Assembly: GCA_040386535.1 (NCBI GenBank)
Contig: JAZKFH010000047.1
Coordinates: 32,001-96,000 of the forward strand
Direction: 5' to 3'
Origin: Myxococcota bacterium
GTDB lineage: Bacteria; Myxococcota_A; UBA796; SXON01
Length of the DNA stretch: 64,000 nt
Below the pieces are notes generated by a model. It was not told where the DNA came from and ran no database searches. It worked only from the letters and a program-made list of their open reading frames with translations. How positions within the stretch are numbered: the first letter of the stretch is position 1; each line of letters opens with the position of its first letter. The position numbers were made by a program, and so were the translations under genes. Shown here in pieces: positions 1-15,116 of this stretch.

Positions 1-1
1 G

Positions 2-622
2 ACGATCAACGTGGCCTCGGCGTACCTGGAGGCCCAGCGCTTCGACGACGCCGCCCGTTGGGCGACCGAGGCCCTGGCCCTCGCGGCGCAACGGCGCAGC
101 GTGTTGTTCGAGGCCCGGGTGACGTGGATCCTGCGCTGCGTGGACTACCGGACCGAGCGCCCGACCGCGCCGGACTTCGAACTGGTGGAGGCGATGGCGC
201 TGGTGGGCGCGCCCGTCCTCTCGGCGAACGCCTGCTTCACCGAGGCCGCGATCGCGTGGCGGACCGGCGCGAACGAAGACGCCGCCCGGCTCGCCCGCAC
301 GGCCGAGGCCCTCTGGTCGGCGCAAGGACTCGAGTCGAGTCGGATCATGGGCACGGCGCTCGCGTTGACCTGCGAGGGTGAGACCGCGCCCGAGCCATGG
401 CGAACCGTCGCGGAGGCCGCTCTGGCCCTGCCGCCCGGAACGGCCGCCGCGCAGATGCTCGCGCTCGTGGCAAAGAGCGGCGTTGTCTGGGAAGCCGCGT
501 GGTCCGAAAGGGTGGCCCGGTGCCTCGCGGCCGCGCCCTCGCCGGTGCCGTCGCAACGACGGTTGTTGCTTGCCGAGACCGAGATCGTGTCCTACTGTTC
601 CGCGGCGGTCGGCCAAGCATAG
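2..622 (+). CDS. C-terminal fragment of a helical/TPR-like repeat protein (5' end outside window)
   Basis: The frame is open from base 2. The Ala-rich helical pattern (AYLEAQRFDDAARWATEALALA) resembles TPR tails of large kinase/ATPase regulators. Confidence 0.55.
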   Translation, partial: TINVASAYLEAQRFDDAARWATEALALAAQRRSVLFEARVTWILRCVDYRTERPTAPDFELVEAMALVGAPVLSANACFTEAAIAWRTGANEDAARLARTAEALWSAQGLESSRIMGTALALTCEGETAPEPWRTVAEAALALPPGTAAAQMLALVAKSGVVWEAAWSERVARCLAAAPSPVPSQRRLLLAETEIVSYCSAAVGQA

Positions 623-650
623 ATAACGGGCCGGCCCAGGAGAAGTCCGC

Positions 651-977
651 ATGCCCAATCCCTCCTACACCGATCCCGGTACCTACAACCTCCGAGACCT
701 CGACACGGGCCTACTCGTGGCGAAGGTCCACGTAGAGATGTCCGCCGCCGATGTGGCCGGCGGGCGCGGATTCATCGTCCACTGGGCGATCCTGAAGTCC
801 GCCTCGGGCGGCTGGGGCGCGTGGGTCAAGGCAACCCAGCAGGTGCCCAAGTCCTTCAAGTGGGAAGGCACCGGGGAGACCCTCCAGCAGTTCCTCGGCT
901 GGATGCACGCGCCGGAGCGGAAGGACAACATCCGCTACATGTTCCAGGGCACCCGCGAGGTCGAGAACATCCCGTAG
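651..977 (+). CDS. Small hypothetical protein, 108 aa
   Basis: AGGAG SD precedes the ATG. Codon usage is GC3-biased and the composition is protein-like. No recognisable motif. Confidence 0.75.
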   Translation: MPNPSYTDPGTYNLRDLDTGLLVAKVHVEMSAADVAGGRGFIVHWAILKSASGGWGAWVKATQQVPKSFKWEGTGETLQQFLGWMHAPERKDNIRYMFQGTREVENIP

Positions 978-998
978 CGATAGGCGTGCGCCGCCCGC

Positions 999-1604
999 TC
1001 ACTCCGCGAGCAGCGCGTCCACCGTGGCGTAGATCTCCGCCTTCCCGGGCTCCTTCGGGTCCGGGTAGGCGCGGATCCGCCCCGCCTTGTCGACCACCAC
1101 GAAGCGCTCGCCGTGCAGCACGGTGGCGGGCGCCGGGGTCGCTGTCCCGGCCGGGGCCTCCACCCGTTCGAGCATCATCTTGAACCCGTCGACCACCACC
1201 GGCTTGATCGTGTCGATCGGGCCGGTGAGGAACGACCACCGCGCCGGGTCGGCGCCGAAGCGCGCGCCGTACGCGGCGAGCACGGGCGGGGTGTCGGTGC
1301 CCGGGTCGACCGAAAATGACACGAGGCGCACGCCCGGATCGGGGCGGCCCGCGGCGGGCGCGTAGTGCGCCTGCACCTCGGCCATGTGGGTCGAGAGCAG
1401 GGGGCACACGTCGGGGCACGACGTGAAGATGAAGTCGGCCACCCACACCTTGCCGCGGAGGCTCTCCGTCGTGACCGGGGCGCCGGTGGCATCGGTGAGC
1501 GTGAAGGCCGGCACGGTCCCGAGCACGGGCAGCGGCTCTGCGGCGGGCTCCACCGCGGGACCGGAGACGGCGCAGGCGAGCAACCAGCCGATGACGACGA
1601 TCAC
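999..1604 (-). CDS. SCO1/SenC family copper chaperone lipoprotein
   Basis: Motifs FIFTSCPDVCP (CxxxC), SFSVDP..D and conserved His (VLHGERFVVVD). The GTG start overlaps the gshB stop (GTGA). Lipobox LLAC. Confidence 0.9.
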   Translation of the reverse strand: MIVVIGWLLACAVSGPAVEPAAEPLPVLGTVPAFTLTDATGAPVTTESLRGKVWVADFIFTSCPDVCPLLSTHMAEVQAHYAPAAGRPDPGVRLVSFSVDPGTDTPPVLAAYGARFGADPARWSFLTGPIDTIKPVVVDGFKMMLERVEAPAGTATPAPATVLHGERFVVVDKAGRIRAYPDPKEPGKAEIYATVDALLAE

Positions 1605-2566
1605 GACGCCACGGCCCCCGCGCGCGCCTGGCCCCGAGGATGGAGGCGCACGGCGGCGTCGAGCAGGAGCGCCTCGAGCCGCACGCCGTCCAGGCGGTTG
1701 ATCTCCTGGATGCCGGTCGGCGAGGTGACGTTGATCTCGGTGAGCCAGCCGCCGATGACGTCGATGCCGACGAACACGAGGCCCTGCTCGCGGAGGCGCG
1801 GGCCGAGGCGGGCGCAGATCTCGCGGTCGCGCGCGTCGAGCGTGCTCGCGACGACCCGGGCCCCGGCGTGCATGTTTCCGCGGTGATCGTCCCCCGAGGG
1901 CACCCGCAACATCGCGCCCACCGGCTCGCCGTCGATCAGGATGATGCGCTTGTCGCCCTCGACGATCTCGGGGATGTACCGCTGGGCGAAGATGGCCTGG
2001 CGGCCCTCGGCGGTGAGCAGCTCGATCATCGAGCGGAGGTTCGCGTCGCGCGCGGAGGTCACGAGCACGCCGCGGCCGCCGTTGCCGTCCCACGGCTTGA
2101 TGACGATGCGCTCGTGCTCGTTGGCGAACGCGACGATGCGCTCGCGGTCCCGCGCGACCAGCGTGTCGACGCAGAGATCGGGGAAATCGAGGGTGTGGAG
2201 CTTCTCGTTGTAGGTGCGCACGGCCGAGGGCCGGTTGAGCACCAGCGTCTCGGACGCGACCCGCTCGAGGAGGTACGTCGCGAAGATGTACTCCATGTCG
2301 AAGGGGGGGTCCTTCCGCATCCACACCAGATCGAAGTCGCCGAGCTCCACGTCCTTGGCGCCCTCGCGCACGAAGTGGGGCGGGTCGGCCAGCGTCGTGA
2401 CCGCCTCAGCGCGCGCCCAGGTGCGCCCGCCGCGCACGTACAGGTCGTTCGGCACGCACCACGCCACGGGCCAGCCGCGCGCCGAGCTCTCGCGCATCAA
2501 CATGTAGGTCGAGTCGCCGGCGAGGTTGAGTCGCTCGAGCGGGTCCATGACGAACAACGATCGCAC
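1601..2566 (-). CDS. gshB: Glutathione synthetase
   Basis: Motifs FVMDP, DST, MRKDPPFDMEY, NEKL, GDKRI, GIDVIG, EINVTSPTG. Confidence 0.95.
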   Translation of the reverse strand: MRSLFVMDPLERLNLAGDSTYMLMRESSARGWPVAWCVPNDLYVRGGRTWARAEAVTTLADPPHFVREGAKDVELGDFDLVWMRKDPPFDMEYIFATYLLERVASETLVLNRPSAVRTYNEKLHTLDFPDLCVDTLVARDRERIVAFANEHERIVIKPWDGNGGRGVLVTSARDANLRSMIELLTAEGRQAIFAQRYIPEIVEGDKRIILIDGEPVGAMLRVPSGDDHRGNMHAGARVVASTLDARDREICARLGPRLREQGLVFVGIDVIGGWLTEINVTSPTGIQEINRLDGVRLEALLLDAAVRLHPRGQARAGAVAS

Positions 2567-2678
2567 CGTGGCTCCCGGGGGGTCGCTTCGTTTATCCGGT
2601 TCGCCCGAGGGGGGTCGGGCTCGGGTGCACGGATGACCGTTCGGCGCACGGGCCCGCGATCAGCCGGCGCCGTGTCCG

Positions 2679-4010
2679 CTACTTCCCGATGCAGAAGCGC
2701 GAGAACAGGCGATCGAGCACGGCTTCCCGCGTGTCCCGCCCCACCAGCACGTCCAGGCTGGCGAGCGCCTCGTAGACCCGCTCCACCGCGACCGCGGGCC
2801 CGCCCCCCTCGCGCAACGCCGCCGCCGCCGCCGCCGCGTTGGCGCCGAGCCGGGCGTAGGCATCCCGTTGTCGCTGGCTCGCGACGAGCCCCGCCACCTC
2901 GCCGGGATCCTCGCCGCGGAGGGCGCGCGGGAGGGCCGCCCGGAGCGCCTCGAGGCCGCCGCCCGTGGGGATGGCAACCTCGATGGCGTCCACGCTGTCG
3001 GGCAGGGCGAGCGCCCGGTGCAAGTCCGCGTGCGTCACGACGACCAGGTGCGGGCGGGCGGCGGTCCGCGCCAGGATGGCGGCGCCCACGTCATCGAGCG
3101 GGTGGTGCCCGGGGAGCACCACGAGGAGCAGGTCCGCCTCCTCGACCATCGCCGCGGCGAGCGCGAGCCCCGCGGCCTCGATGGGGTCGACCGCGTCGCG
3201 CTCGCCCGCGGTGTCGTAGAGGAGGACCCGCATCGTGTCGAGTGGCAGGGCGCTCTCGACCACGTCGCGGGTGGTGCCCGGCGTGGGGCTCACCAGCGCG
3301 CGGGTCCGCCCGAGCAGCGCGTTGAACAGGCTCGACTTGCCCGCGTTCACCGGCCCCACCAGGGCCACCTTCGCACCCTCTACCGCCACCAACCCCGCGC
3401 GATGGCCCGCCACCGCCGCCGCCGCGTCGGCCGCCACCACGTCCAGCCGGGCGGCCAACTCGGCGTCGGACGCCACGAGCAGGTCCTCGCCCGGGTAGTC
3501 GAGGATCGCCTCGAGCTCGGCCGCCACGTCGACCAGGGCGTCGCGTAGCGCGTCGATGCGCGCCGTCACCCGCCCGTCGAGCCCGGCACGCGCGACGGCG
3601 AGCCCCGCCGGCGACGTGGCCGCGATCGCTTGGAGCACGGCCTCCGCGCGCGTCAGGTCCATCCGCCCGTTGAGGAAGGCCCGCCGGGTGAACTCGCCGG
3701 GGGAGGCGGGGCGAGCGCCGCGCGCGCACAACGCTTCGAGCAGCCGCTCGACCAGCAGCGGGTTGCCGTGGCAGGAGATCTCCGCCACGTCCTCGCCCGT
3801 GTAGGAGATGGGGCCGGGCATCCAGGTCACCAGCCCGTCATCGAACACGCCGGCGGCGTCCCGCAGCCGCGCCAGCCGGACGGCCCGCGGGCGGGGGAGC
3901 GGGCCGCACACGGCCGTGATCAGCGGGGCGAGATCGGGCCCCGACACCCGCACGACCGCGATGGCGCCGAACCCCCAGGGGGTGGCGCACGCGCAGATCG
4001 GGTCGCGCAG
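2679..4010 (-). CDS. mnmE: tRNA modification GTPase MnmE (start uncertain; CTG at 4010 proposed)
   Basis: DPICACATPWGFGAIAVVRVSG, SYTGED, GEFTRRAFLNGRMDL, GPVNAGKSS, GTTRD, DTAG and C-terminal FSRFCIGK. Lies next to jag. Confidence 0.95.
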   Translation of the reverse strand: MRDPICACATPWGFGAIAVVRVSGPDLAPLITAVCGPLPRPRAVRLARLRDAAGVFDDGLVTWMPGPISYTGEDVAEISCHGNPLLVERLLEALCARGARPASPGEFTRRAFLNGRMDLTRAEAVLQAIAATSPAGLAVARAGLDGRVTARIDALRDALVDVAAELEAILDYPGEDLLVASDAELAARLDVVAADAAAAVAGHRAGLVAVEGAKVALVGPVNAGKSSLFNALLGRTRALVSPTPGTTRDVVESALPLDTMRVLLYDTAGERDAVDPIEAAGLALAAAMVEEADLLLVVLPGHHPLDDVGAAILARTAARPHLVVVTHADLHRALALPDSVDAIEVAIPTGGGLEALRAALPRALRGEDPGEVAGLVASQRQRDAYARLGANAAAAAAALREGGGPAVAVERVYEALASLDVLVGRDTREAVLDRLFSRFCIGK

Positions 4011-4025
4011 GGAGCGGGAGATGCC

Positions 4026-5033
4026 CTACTCGTCCTGCGGCGCCCGCTCGGAGGTGTACCGATCGTCGGCACCCCCGTCGTCGCCACCGGTGTCGTCGGC
4101 GCTGTGGATCTCGATGCGACGATCGTGGCCCTCGCCCACCGACCGCGAGCCGACGCCCTCGATGGCGGCGATCTCGACGTGCACGAGGCGACGGTCGTAG
4201 CTGTTCAGCTCGCGACGGATGGTCTCCGCCTCACCGGTCTCGAGCACCCGCGCGGCGATGTTGCGCGCGAGGCGCTTGAGCTCTTCCTCGTCGGCCTCGC
4301 TGCGGCGCGGGCGATCGTCGTCGCGGCGCGGGCCGCGGCGATCCCGATCGCGCCCGCCCCGATCGCCACCACGCGGCGGCCCGTCGCGGCGCTCGCCGCC
4401 GACCCGCGGCGCATCCCGCGTGTCGCGACGCTCGCCGCCCCCACGCTCGCCGCCCCGATCGCCTCCGCGGTCCCGGTCCCCACCACGATCGCCCCGGTCC
4501 CCACCGCGATCGCGATCGCCACCACGGTCGCCGCGGTCATCGCCGCGGTCGTCGCGACGCTCGCCCTCGACCTCGGCGGGCCGGATGATGTCGATGCGGA
4601 ACTGCGCGTTCGGGAAGCGGGCGCCCACCGACTCTTCGAGCAGGTACTGGAGCGCCTTGAGCGTCATGCCGCCGCGGCCCACGAGGTGGCGGCCGTCCTC
4701 ACCGGCGTCGACGTAGATGTTCACCGTGCCGTTGCGCAGCTCGGCGCGGACGGTGGCCGTGCGCTCCATCGACACGAGCAGGGCCTTCATCCACTCGTCG
4801 GCCGCCAGCACCGGGGCGAACTCGGCCGGGTCCTTGGACCAGGCGAAGATGCGCACCGTGTCGGCGCCGATGCCGGCGCCCTGGGCGCTCCGGAAGTGGG
4901 CGAGGTCGATCTTGTGCTCGACCAGGGCAACGGGCACGCCGAGCTCGGCAGCCGCCGCCTCGAGAGCGGCCCGGAGGCTCCGGCCCTCACTGGTGACGTG
5001 CTTTTCTGGGATGTTCGGGGGGGTGGACGACAT
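4026..5033 (-). CDS. jag: Jag/KhpB (EloR) KH + R3H RNA-binding protein
   Basis: KH motif LVGRGGMTLKALQYL and R3H motif LNSYDRRLVH. Canonical position between yidC and mnmE. Confidence 0.9.
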   Translation of the reverse strand: MSSTPPNIPEKHVTSEGRSLRAALEAAAAELGVPVALVEHKIDLAHFRSAQGAGIGADTVRIFAWSKDPAEFAPVLAADEWMKALLVSMERTATVRAELRNGTVNIYVDAGEDGRHLVGRGGMTLKALQYLLEESVGARFPNAQFRIDIIRPAEVEGERRDDRGDDRGDRGGDRDRGGDRGDRGGDRDRGGDRGGERGGGERRDTRDAPRVGGERRDGPPRGGDRGGRDRDRRGPRRDDDRPRRSEADEEELKRLARNIAARVLETGEAETIRRELNSYDRRLVHVEIAAIEGVGSRSVGEGHDRRIEIHSADDTGGDDGGADDRYTSERAPQDE

Positions 5034-5043
5034 TCCTCTCTCC

Positions 5044-6687
5044 TCACGCGGGCGCGGGCGCCGCCGGCGGCTTGTAGGACCGCGTATTGTACCACTGCTG
5101 CAGGATGCTCAAGACGGTGTTGAGCGCGTAGTAAAGGGACAAACCGGCCGGGAGCCCGAACATGAACAGCGCGAAGATGAGCGGCATGAACCGCATCATC
5201 TGCTGCTGTGCCGGGTCCATGCCGGTCATGGGCGTCATGCGCTGCTGCAGCACCATGCCGACGGCCATGAAGAAGGGGAACGCCCCGATCGGATCGGGCG
5301 CGGACAGGTCCTGGACGTGCAGGAAGCTGGCCCCGAACAGGTCGGGGCTGTGCAGGAGCGCGGTGTAGAGGGCAAAGAACACCGGCATCTGCACCAGCAT
5401 CGGCAGGCACCCGCCGAGCGGGTTGACCTTGTGCTGCTGGAACAGCGCCATCGTCTCGCGCGTCTGCGCTTCCTTGTCGTCCTTGTACTTCTCCTGCAGC
5501 TCCTTGAGCAGCGGCTGCACCTGCTGCATCGCCTTGCCGCTCTTGAACGCCTTCGCCGAGAGCGGGTAGAAGCAGATGCGCACCAGGAAGGTGAGCGCGA
5601 TGATGGAGAGGCCCCAGTTGTGGAGGCCCATGTGGAAGATGTTCAGGAAGAACAGCAGGATCTTCGAGAAGAAGCCGAAGAAGCCGAGATCGGCGGCCGC
5701 GTCGAAGTCGTGGCCCACCTCGGCCAGGCGCTCGACGTGCTTCGGGCCGGCGTAGAGCGTGAAGTGCAGGTCGATCGGCTGGTCCGGCAGGAGCGAGGCG
5801 TTCGGCCCGACGAGGTAGGCGCCGTGCCCGTTCGCCACCGGCGCCCAGCTCACGGTGCCCCAGGCGGGATCGTCGGGTGCCAGCGCTGTGAGGAAGTAGC
5901 GGTTCTCGACGCCGAACCAGCTCACCGGCCCCGGCAGGGACTCGGGCGCGGTGATGTCGGCCGGGGCGCTCATGCGCTCGAGGTCCCCGTCGACCACCGC
6001 GGAGGGGTGCGGCGCCATGTCGTAGGCCGACTCGGGCGTGCGGAACTCGTCCGAGAGCCCCACCCAGAACGGGCCGTTGAGCGGCGTCGCGGCGGAGAAG
6101 CGCACGGTCACGTCGAACACGTCGGAGGCGGCGGTCGGCGCGAAGGTCTTGGTGATCGTCAGGCCGTCCGCCGTGACGCGGCGGAGGGTCAGGGGGTTCT
6201 GCCCCACGATCTCGTAGGCGCCATCGGGCCCGAACGCGCCCCGCCCCGCGGTCGCGAACGCGCCCTGCGGGGTGAGGAGCGAGAGCACGCCGGTCTCGTC
6301 GCCGTAGGGGCGCCACGCGCCGGGGCTCTTGCCGGACACGAGGTTCCAGATCCAGGTCCACCACGGGGTGACCGTGGTCGCCTCGCGGTACTCGGGCATC
6401 TGGATCGACGCGACGCTGCCGCCGCACGTGGTCAGGCCCAGGTGCACGGTGCTCGTGTCGAGGTCCACGCGCTGCTCGGTGCAGGGGCCCGTCGGCTCCA
6501 GCGCGGCGGTGGACGTGGGGATCCCGGGCGCACCCACGGCCGGCGCGCCCGCGACGGGGGAGCCCTCGACCTGCTGGTCGACCGCGAGCGGATCGGGCTT
6601 CGGCGCCAGGAACGCCGACCACACGTAGAACACCGCGAGGCACAACACGATGGCGAGGAGCGCGCGGCGCTCGTTCGGATCTCTCAT
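5044..6687 (-). CDS. yidC: Membrane protein insertase YidC
   Basis: NWGLSIIALT, VNPLGGCLPMLVQMPVF, DLSAPDP, PAGLSLYY. GGAGGA SD before ATG 6687. Confidence 0.97.
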   Translation of the reverse strand: MRDPNERRALLAIVLCLAVFYVWSAFLAPKPDPLAVDQQVEGSPVAGAPAVGAPGIPTSTAALEPTGPCTEQRVDLDTSTVHLGLTTCGGSVASIQMPEYREATTVTPWWTWIWNLVSGKSPGAWRPYGDETGVLSLLTPQGAFATAGRGAFGPDGAYEIVGQNPLTLRRVTADGLTITKTFAPTAASDVFDVTVRFSAATPLNGPFWVGLSDEFRTPESAYDMAPHPSAVVDGDLERMSAPADITAPESLPGPVSWFGVENRYFLTALAPDDPAWGTVSWAPVANGHGAYLVGPNASLLPDQPIDLHFTLYAGPKHVERLAEVGHDFDAAADLGFFGFFSKILLFFLNIFHMGLHNWGLSIIALTFLVRICFYPLSAKAFKSGKAMQQVQPLLKELQEKYKDDKEAQTRETMALFQQHKVNPLGGCLPMLVQMPVFFALYTALLHSPDLFGASFLHVQDLSAPDPIGAFPFFMAVGMVLQQRMTPMTGMDPAQQQMMRFMPLIFALFMFGLPAGLSLYYALNTVLSILQQWYNTRSYKPPAAPAPA

Positions 6688-6923
6688 GGAGCTCCTCCGG
6701 AGAGCGACGGCGGCTTGGGCACCGGATCGAGCCCGCCGGGATGAAAGGGATGACAACGGCAGATGCGCTTGACGCCCATCCACCCGCCGCGCGCCGGGCC
6801 CCAGAGCTGGATCGCCTCGACGGTGTAGCGGCTACACGACGGATAGAACCGGCAGATCGGCGGCATCCACGAGTGGGTGAGCCGCTGGTAGCCGCGGATC
6901 ATCGTCAGGAGGAGCCACTTCAC
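6684..6923 (-). CDS. yidD: Membrane protein insertion efficiency factor YidD
   Basis: IRGYQ, CRFYPSCSRY, RICRCHPFHPGGLDPVP. GTG start overlaps the rnpA stop. Confidence 0.95.
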   Translation of the reverse strand: MKWLLLTMIRGYQRLTHSWMPPICRFYPSCSRYTVEAIQLWGPARGGWMGVKRICRCHPFHPGGLDPVPKPPSLSGGAP

Positions 6924-7273
6924 CGCGAGATCCGGGCGAAGAGGTCGGCCACTTCGGCCTGGAGGACGAGCAGCCCGGCGTCTCCCGCCTCGGGGCGGGG
7001 GATGAGGACCAGATCCCACGGGCCTTCGCGCGGGCCCGGGATCGCCCGGACCACCTCGCGAAGCCACCGCTTCACCCGGTTTCTCGTCACCGCGCCCCCT
7101 ACCTTCCGACTGACCGTCCATCCCACGCGGGACTCGGGATCGGCGCCGCGGCACACGACCAGCAGCAGGTGCGGCGACCGGATCTTGCGACCCGACTTCT
7201 GCACGTGCGCGTAGTCCGCGCTCTTGCGGAGCCGGCCCGTTACACCGGGTCGGTCAGTCGCGCTTGGAGGCAA
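6920..7273 (-). CDS. rnpA: Ribonuclease P protein component (start uncertain; TTG 7273 overlapping rpmH)
   Basis: RLRKSADY and the RNR motif [25 protein letters not shown]. Synteny rpmH-rnpA-yidD. Confidence 0.92.
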   Translation of the reverse strand: MPPSATDRPGVTGRLRKSADYAHVQKSGRKIRSPHLLLVVCRGADPESRVGWTVSRKVGGAVTRNRVKRWLREVVRAIPGPREGPWDLVLIPRPEAGDAGLLVLQAEVADLFARISR

Positions 7274-7412
7274 CGGTGACGGCGATCCGGGTGCGGCCCT
7301 TGGCCCGACGGCGCCGGATGACGGCCCGCCCACCGGCGGTGCTCATGCGCTCGCGAAACCCGTGGGTGCGCTTGCGGCGGATGTTGTGCGGCTGGAAGGT
7401 ACGCTTGCTCAT
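7254..7412 (-). CDS. rpmH: 50S ribosomal protein L34 (below ORF-track cutoff)
   Basis: Manual translation: [52 protein letters not shown]. Confidence 0.98.
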   Translation of the reverse strand: MSKRTFQPHNIRRKRTHGFRERMSTAGGRAVIRRRRAKGRTRIAVTVASKRD

Positions 7413-7699
7413 TTTGGTCTCCGTGCCCTGTGCGTGCCATAGGCACGGCGCCGCCTACTAATCCACCCCCAGGATCGCGGCAAGCAGGACGACATCGGAT
7501 CTTTGTTCGCCCGGTTCTTCGATCCTCGCCAATTTCGCAGCGTGCCGACGTGGTGGCAGCTACTTGCGGGCGATCGTCCGCCTTGAGGGATCGGAATCGC
7601 TGCGGTAGACCGTCAGTTACGGATCGCGCGGAACCCTCGCCCCTTTGGCGGAAGGTCGTGGTTCGGACGGCGGTGATGGGCCGGAGGGGTGAGGTGTCG

Positions 7700-9007
7700 A
7701 TGGAACAGGCGTGGGATCGATTCTGCTCGGCACTAGAGCGGAAAATCGGCGAGCAGAACATGGAGATCTGGATTCGGGGCGCGTTGCGACCCGAGCTGAT
7801 CCTCCCCGAACGTGTGCGCATGCGTGCGAACAGCAAGTACTACCACGACTGGATCCGGGACAACCTGTTCAAGGAGATCGAGTCCGCCTGGGCCGAGACC
7901 CAGGGCCGGCGGACCGAGGTCGAGATGACCTGGCAGGGCGCCCCGATGGACGAGGCGCCCGTGCCCGCCGCCCGGCGCACCCCCTCGCACCTCGACCGCT
8001 CGCGCACGTTCGAGTCGTTCGTCATCGGCAAGTGCAACGAGTTCGCCCAGGCGGCCTCGATCGCCGTGGCCGACGCCCCCGGGCACGCGCACAACCCGCT
8101 GTTCATCTACGGCAGCACCGGCCTCGGCAAGACGCACCTCGTCCACGCCATCGGCAACCGCGTGGTCGCGCGCTCGAACGGCAAGGCCGGCGTCTACTAC
8201 TGCACCGCCGAGAAGTTCTTCGCGGACATGGTGCGGGCGCTGCAGACCCGCTCCATCCAGGAGTTCCGCGAGCGCTTCCGCACCGAGGTGGATGTCCTCA
8301 TCCTCGACGACGTGCAGTTCCTCGCCGGTCGTGATCGCACCGAGGAGGAGCTGTTCTACGTGTTCGAGGCCATGCGGGCCGAGGGCAAGCAGATCGTCAT
8401 CACCGCCGACGAGCCTCCCCGGAGCATCGGGAAGCTGGAGCCCCGGCTCCGCACCCGCTTCGAGGGGGGGTTGCTCGCCGACGTGCAGCCCCCCGATGTC
8501 GAGACGATGATGGCCATCCTCGCCACCAAGGCGGCGGACATGCGTCTCGACATCCCGAGCGACGTTCAGTACAACATCGCCCAGCGCGTACGGAACAGCG
8601 TGCGCGAGCTCGAGGGCGTGCTCAACCGCCTCTCCGCGCTCCAGATCTTCTACGGGCAGGCCATCTCGATGCAGTTCATCCAGGACCGGATGAGCGACAT
8701 CATCCCGCCGCCGGCGCCGCCGCCGAGCGCGGAGCAGATCATCGCGCGGGTGGCCGAGCACTACCACGTGCGCCCGGCGGACATCCGGGGCGACCGCCGT
8801 CCCGCCAACATCGCCCACCCGCGCCAGATCGCGATGTTCCTCACGCGTCGCATCACCGGGCTGTCGTTTCCGGAGATCGGGCGGGAGTTCAACCGCGACA
8901 ATTCCACCGTCCAGCACGGCTGCAAGAAGATCGAGGGCGAGATGCGCACGAACCCCAACCTGCGCGCCGAGATCGAGATGCTCGAGAAGATGTGCAAGGG
9001 CGGCTAG
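7700..9007 (+). CDS. dnaA: Chromosomal replication initiator DnaA
   Basis: TFESFVIG, NPLFIYGSTGLGKTHL, LILDDVQFL, RLRTRF, VRELEG, PRQIAMFL. GAGG SD before ATG 7700. Confidence 0.97.
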   Translation: MEQAWDRFCSALERKIGEQNMEIWIRGALRPELILPERVRMRANSKYYHDWIRDNLFKEIESAWAETQGRRTEVEMTWQGAPMDEAPVPAARRTPSHLDRSRTFESFVIGKCNEFAQAASIAVADAPGHAHNPLFIYGSTGLGKTHLVHAIGNRVVARSNGKAGVYYCTAEKFFADMVRALQTRSIQEFRERFRTEVDVLILDDVQFLAGRDRTEEELFYVFEAMRAEGKQIVITADEPPRSIGKLEPRLRTRFEGGLLADVQPPDVETMMAILATKAADMRLDIPSDVQYNIAQRVRNSVRELEGVLNRLSALQIFYGQAISMQFIQDRMSDIIPPPAPPPSAEQIIARVAEHYHVRPADIRGDRRPANIAHPRQIAMFLTRRITGLSFPEIGREFNRDNSTVQHGCKKIEGEMRTNPNLRAEIEMLEKMCKGG

Positions 9008-14085
<5,078 letters not shown>

Positions 14086-14098
14086 GAAGCCGGACCTC

Positions 14099-15115
14099 AT
14101 GCTGAACGCCATGCCCGCGGGTGCCCGCGGGAGTCGCATCGCCGGAATGGGGCACTACGTGCCGGAGCGCGTCGTCACCAACGACGACATGAAGCAGTGG
14201 ATGGACACGTCCGACGAGTGGATCCATCAGCGCACCGGCATCCGCGAGCGCCGCTGGGTCGAGGGCAACGTCGGCGCCGCCGAGCTCGGCGAGCACGCCT
14301 CCCGCATGGCGCTGGCCGAGGCGGGCCTCGAGGCCAAGGATCTCGACCTGATCCTGTTCGCCACGCTCTCGCCGGACATCAACTTCCCGGGATCGAGCTG
14401 CCTGCTCCAGGCGCGGCTCGGCGTGCCCGGCATCGCCACGCTCGACATCCGCAACCAGTGCACGGGCTTCCTCTACGGGCTCGCCACGGCGGACGCGTAC
14501 ATCCGCTCGGGCATGATGAAGAACGTGCTCGTGGTGGGCGGCGAGGTCCACAGCTCCGGGCTCGACCTGTCCACCCGCGGCCGCGACGTGACCGTGCTCT
14601 TCGGCGACGGCGCCGGGGCGGCCGTGGTCTCCGCGACGGACGGCGAGCGCCGCATCATCGACTCCGAGCTCCACGCGGACGGGCGCTACGCCGAGATCCT
14701 CATGCTCGAGGCCCCCGCCAGCCGGCACCAGCCCCGCCTGACCGAGGAGATGATCGCCCGCGGCGCCCACTTCCCGAAGATGGACGGCAAGGCGGTGTTC
14801 AAGCACGCCGTCGAGCGGATCCCCGAGGTGACCAAGAGCATCCTCGCGCGGAACAACCTCACGTTGAACGACATCGCGCTGCTGGTGCCCCACCAGGCGA
14901 ACATGCGCATCAACGAGATGGTGGTCCGCCAGCTCGGGTTCCCGCCCGAGAAGGTGGTCCACAACATCCAGAAGTACGGCAACACCACGGCGGCCTCGAT
15001 CCCCATCGCGCTGCACGAAGCCGCGGTCGAGGGCCGCATCCAGCCGGGAGAGCTCGCGCTGCTCGTGGCGTTCGGCGCGGGGCTCACCTGGGGCGCCACG
15101 CTGGTGCGCTGGTAG
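14099..15115 (+). CDS. fabH: 3-oxoacyl-ACP synthase III family protein
   Basis: DTSDEWI..RTGIRERR, catalytic C (NQCTGF), LFGDGAGA, PHQAN, YGNTTAAS, FGAGLTWG. Confidence 0.9.
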   Translation: MLNAMPAGARGSRIAGMGHYVPERVVTNDDMKQWMDTSDEWIHQRTGIRERRWVEGNVGAAELGEHASRMALAEAGLEAKDLDLILFATLSPDINFPGSSCLLQARLGVPGIATLDIRNQCTGFLYGLATADAYIRSGMMKNVLVVGGEVHSSGLDLSTRGRDVTVLFGDGAGAAVVSATDGERRIIDSELHADGRYAEILMLEAPASRHQPRLTEEMIARGAHFPKMDGKAVFKHAVERIPEVTKSILARNNLTLNDIALLVPHQANMRINEMVVRQLGFPPEKVVHNIQKYGNTTAASIPIALHEAAVEGRIQPGELALLVAFGAGLTWGATLVRW

Positions 15116-15116
15116 C

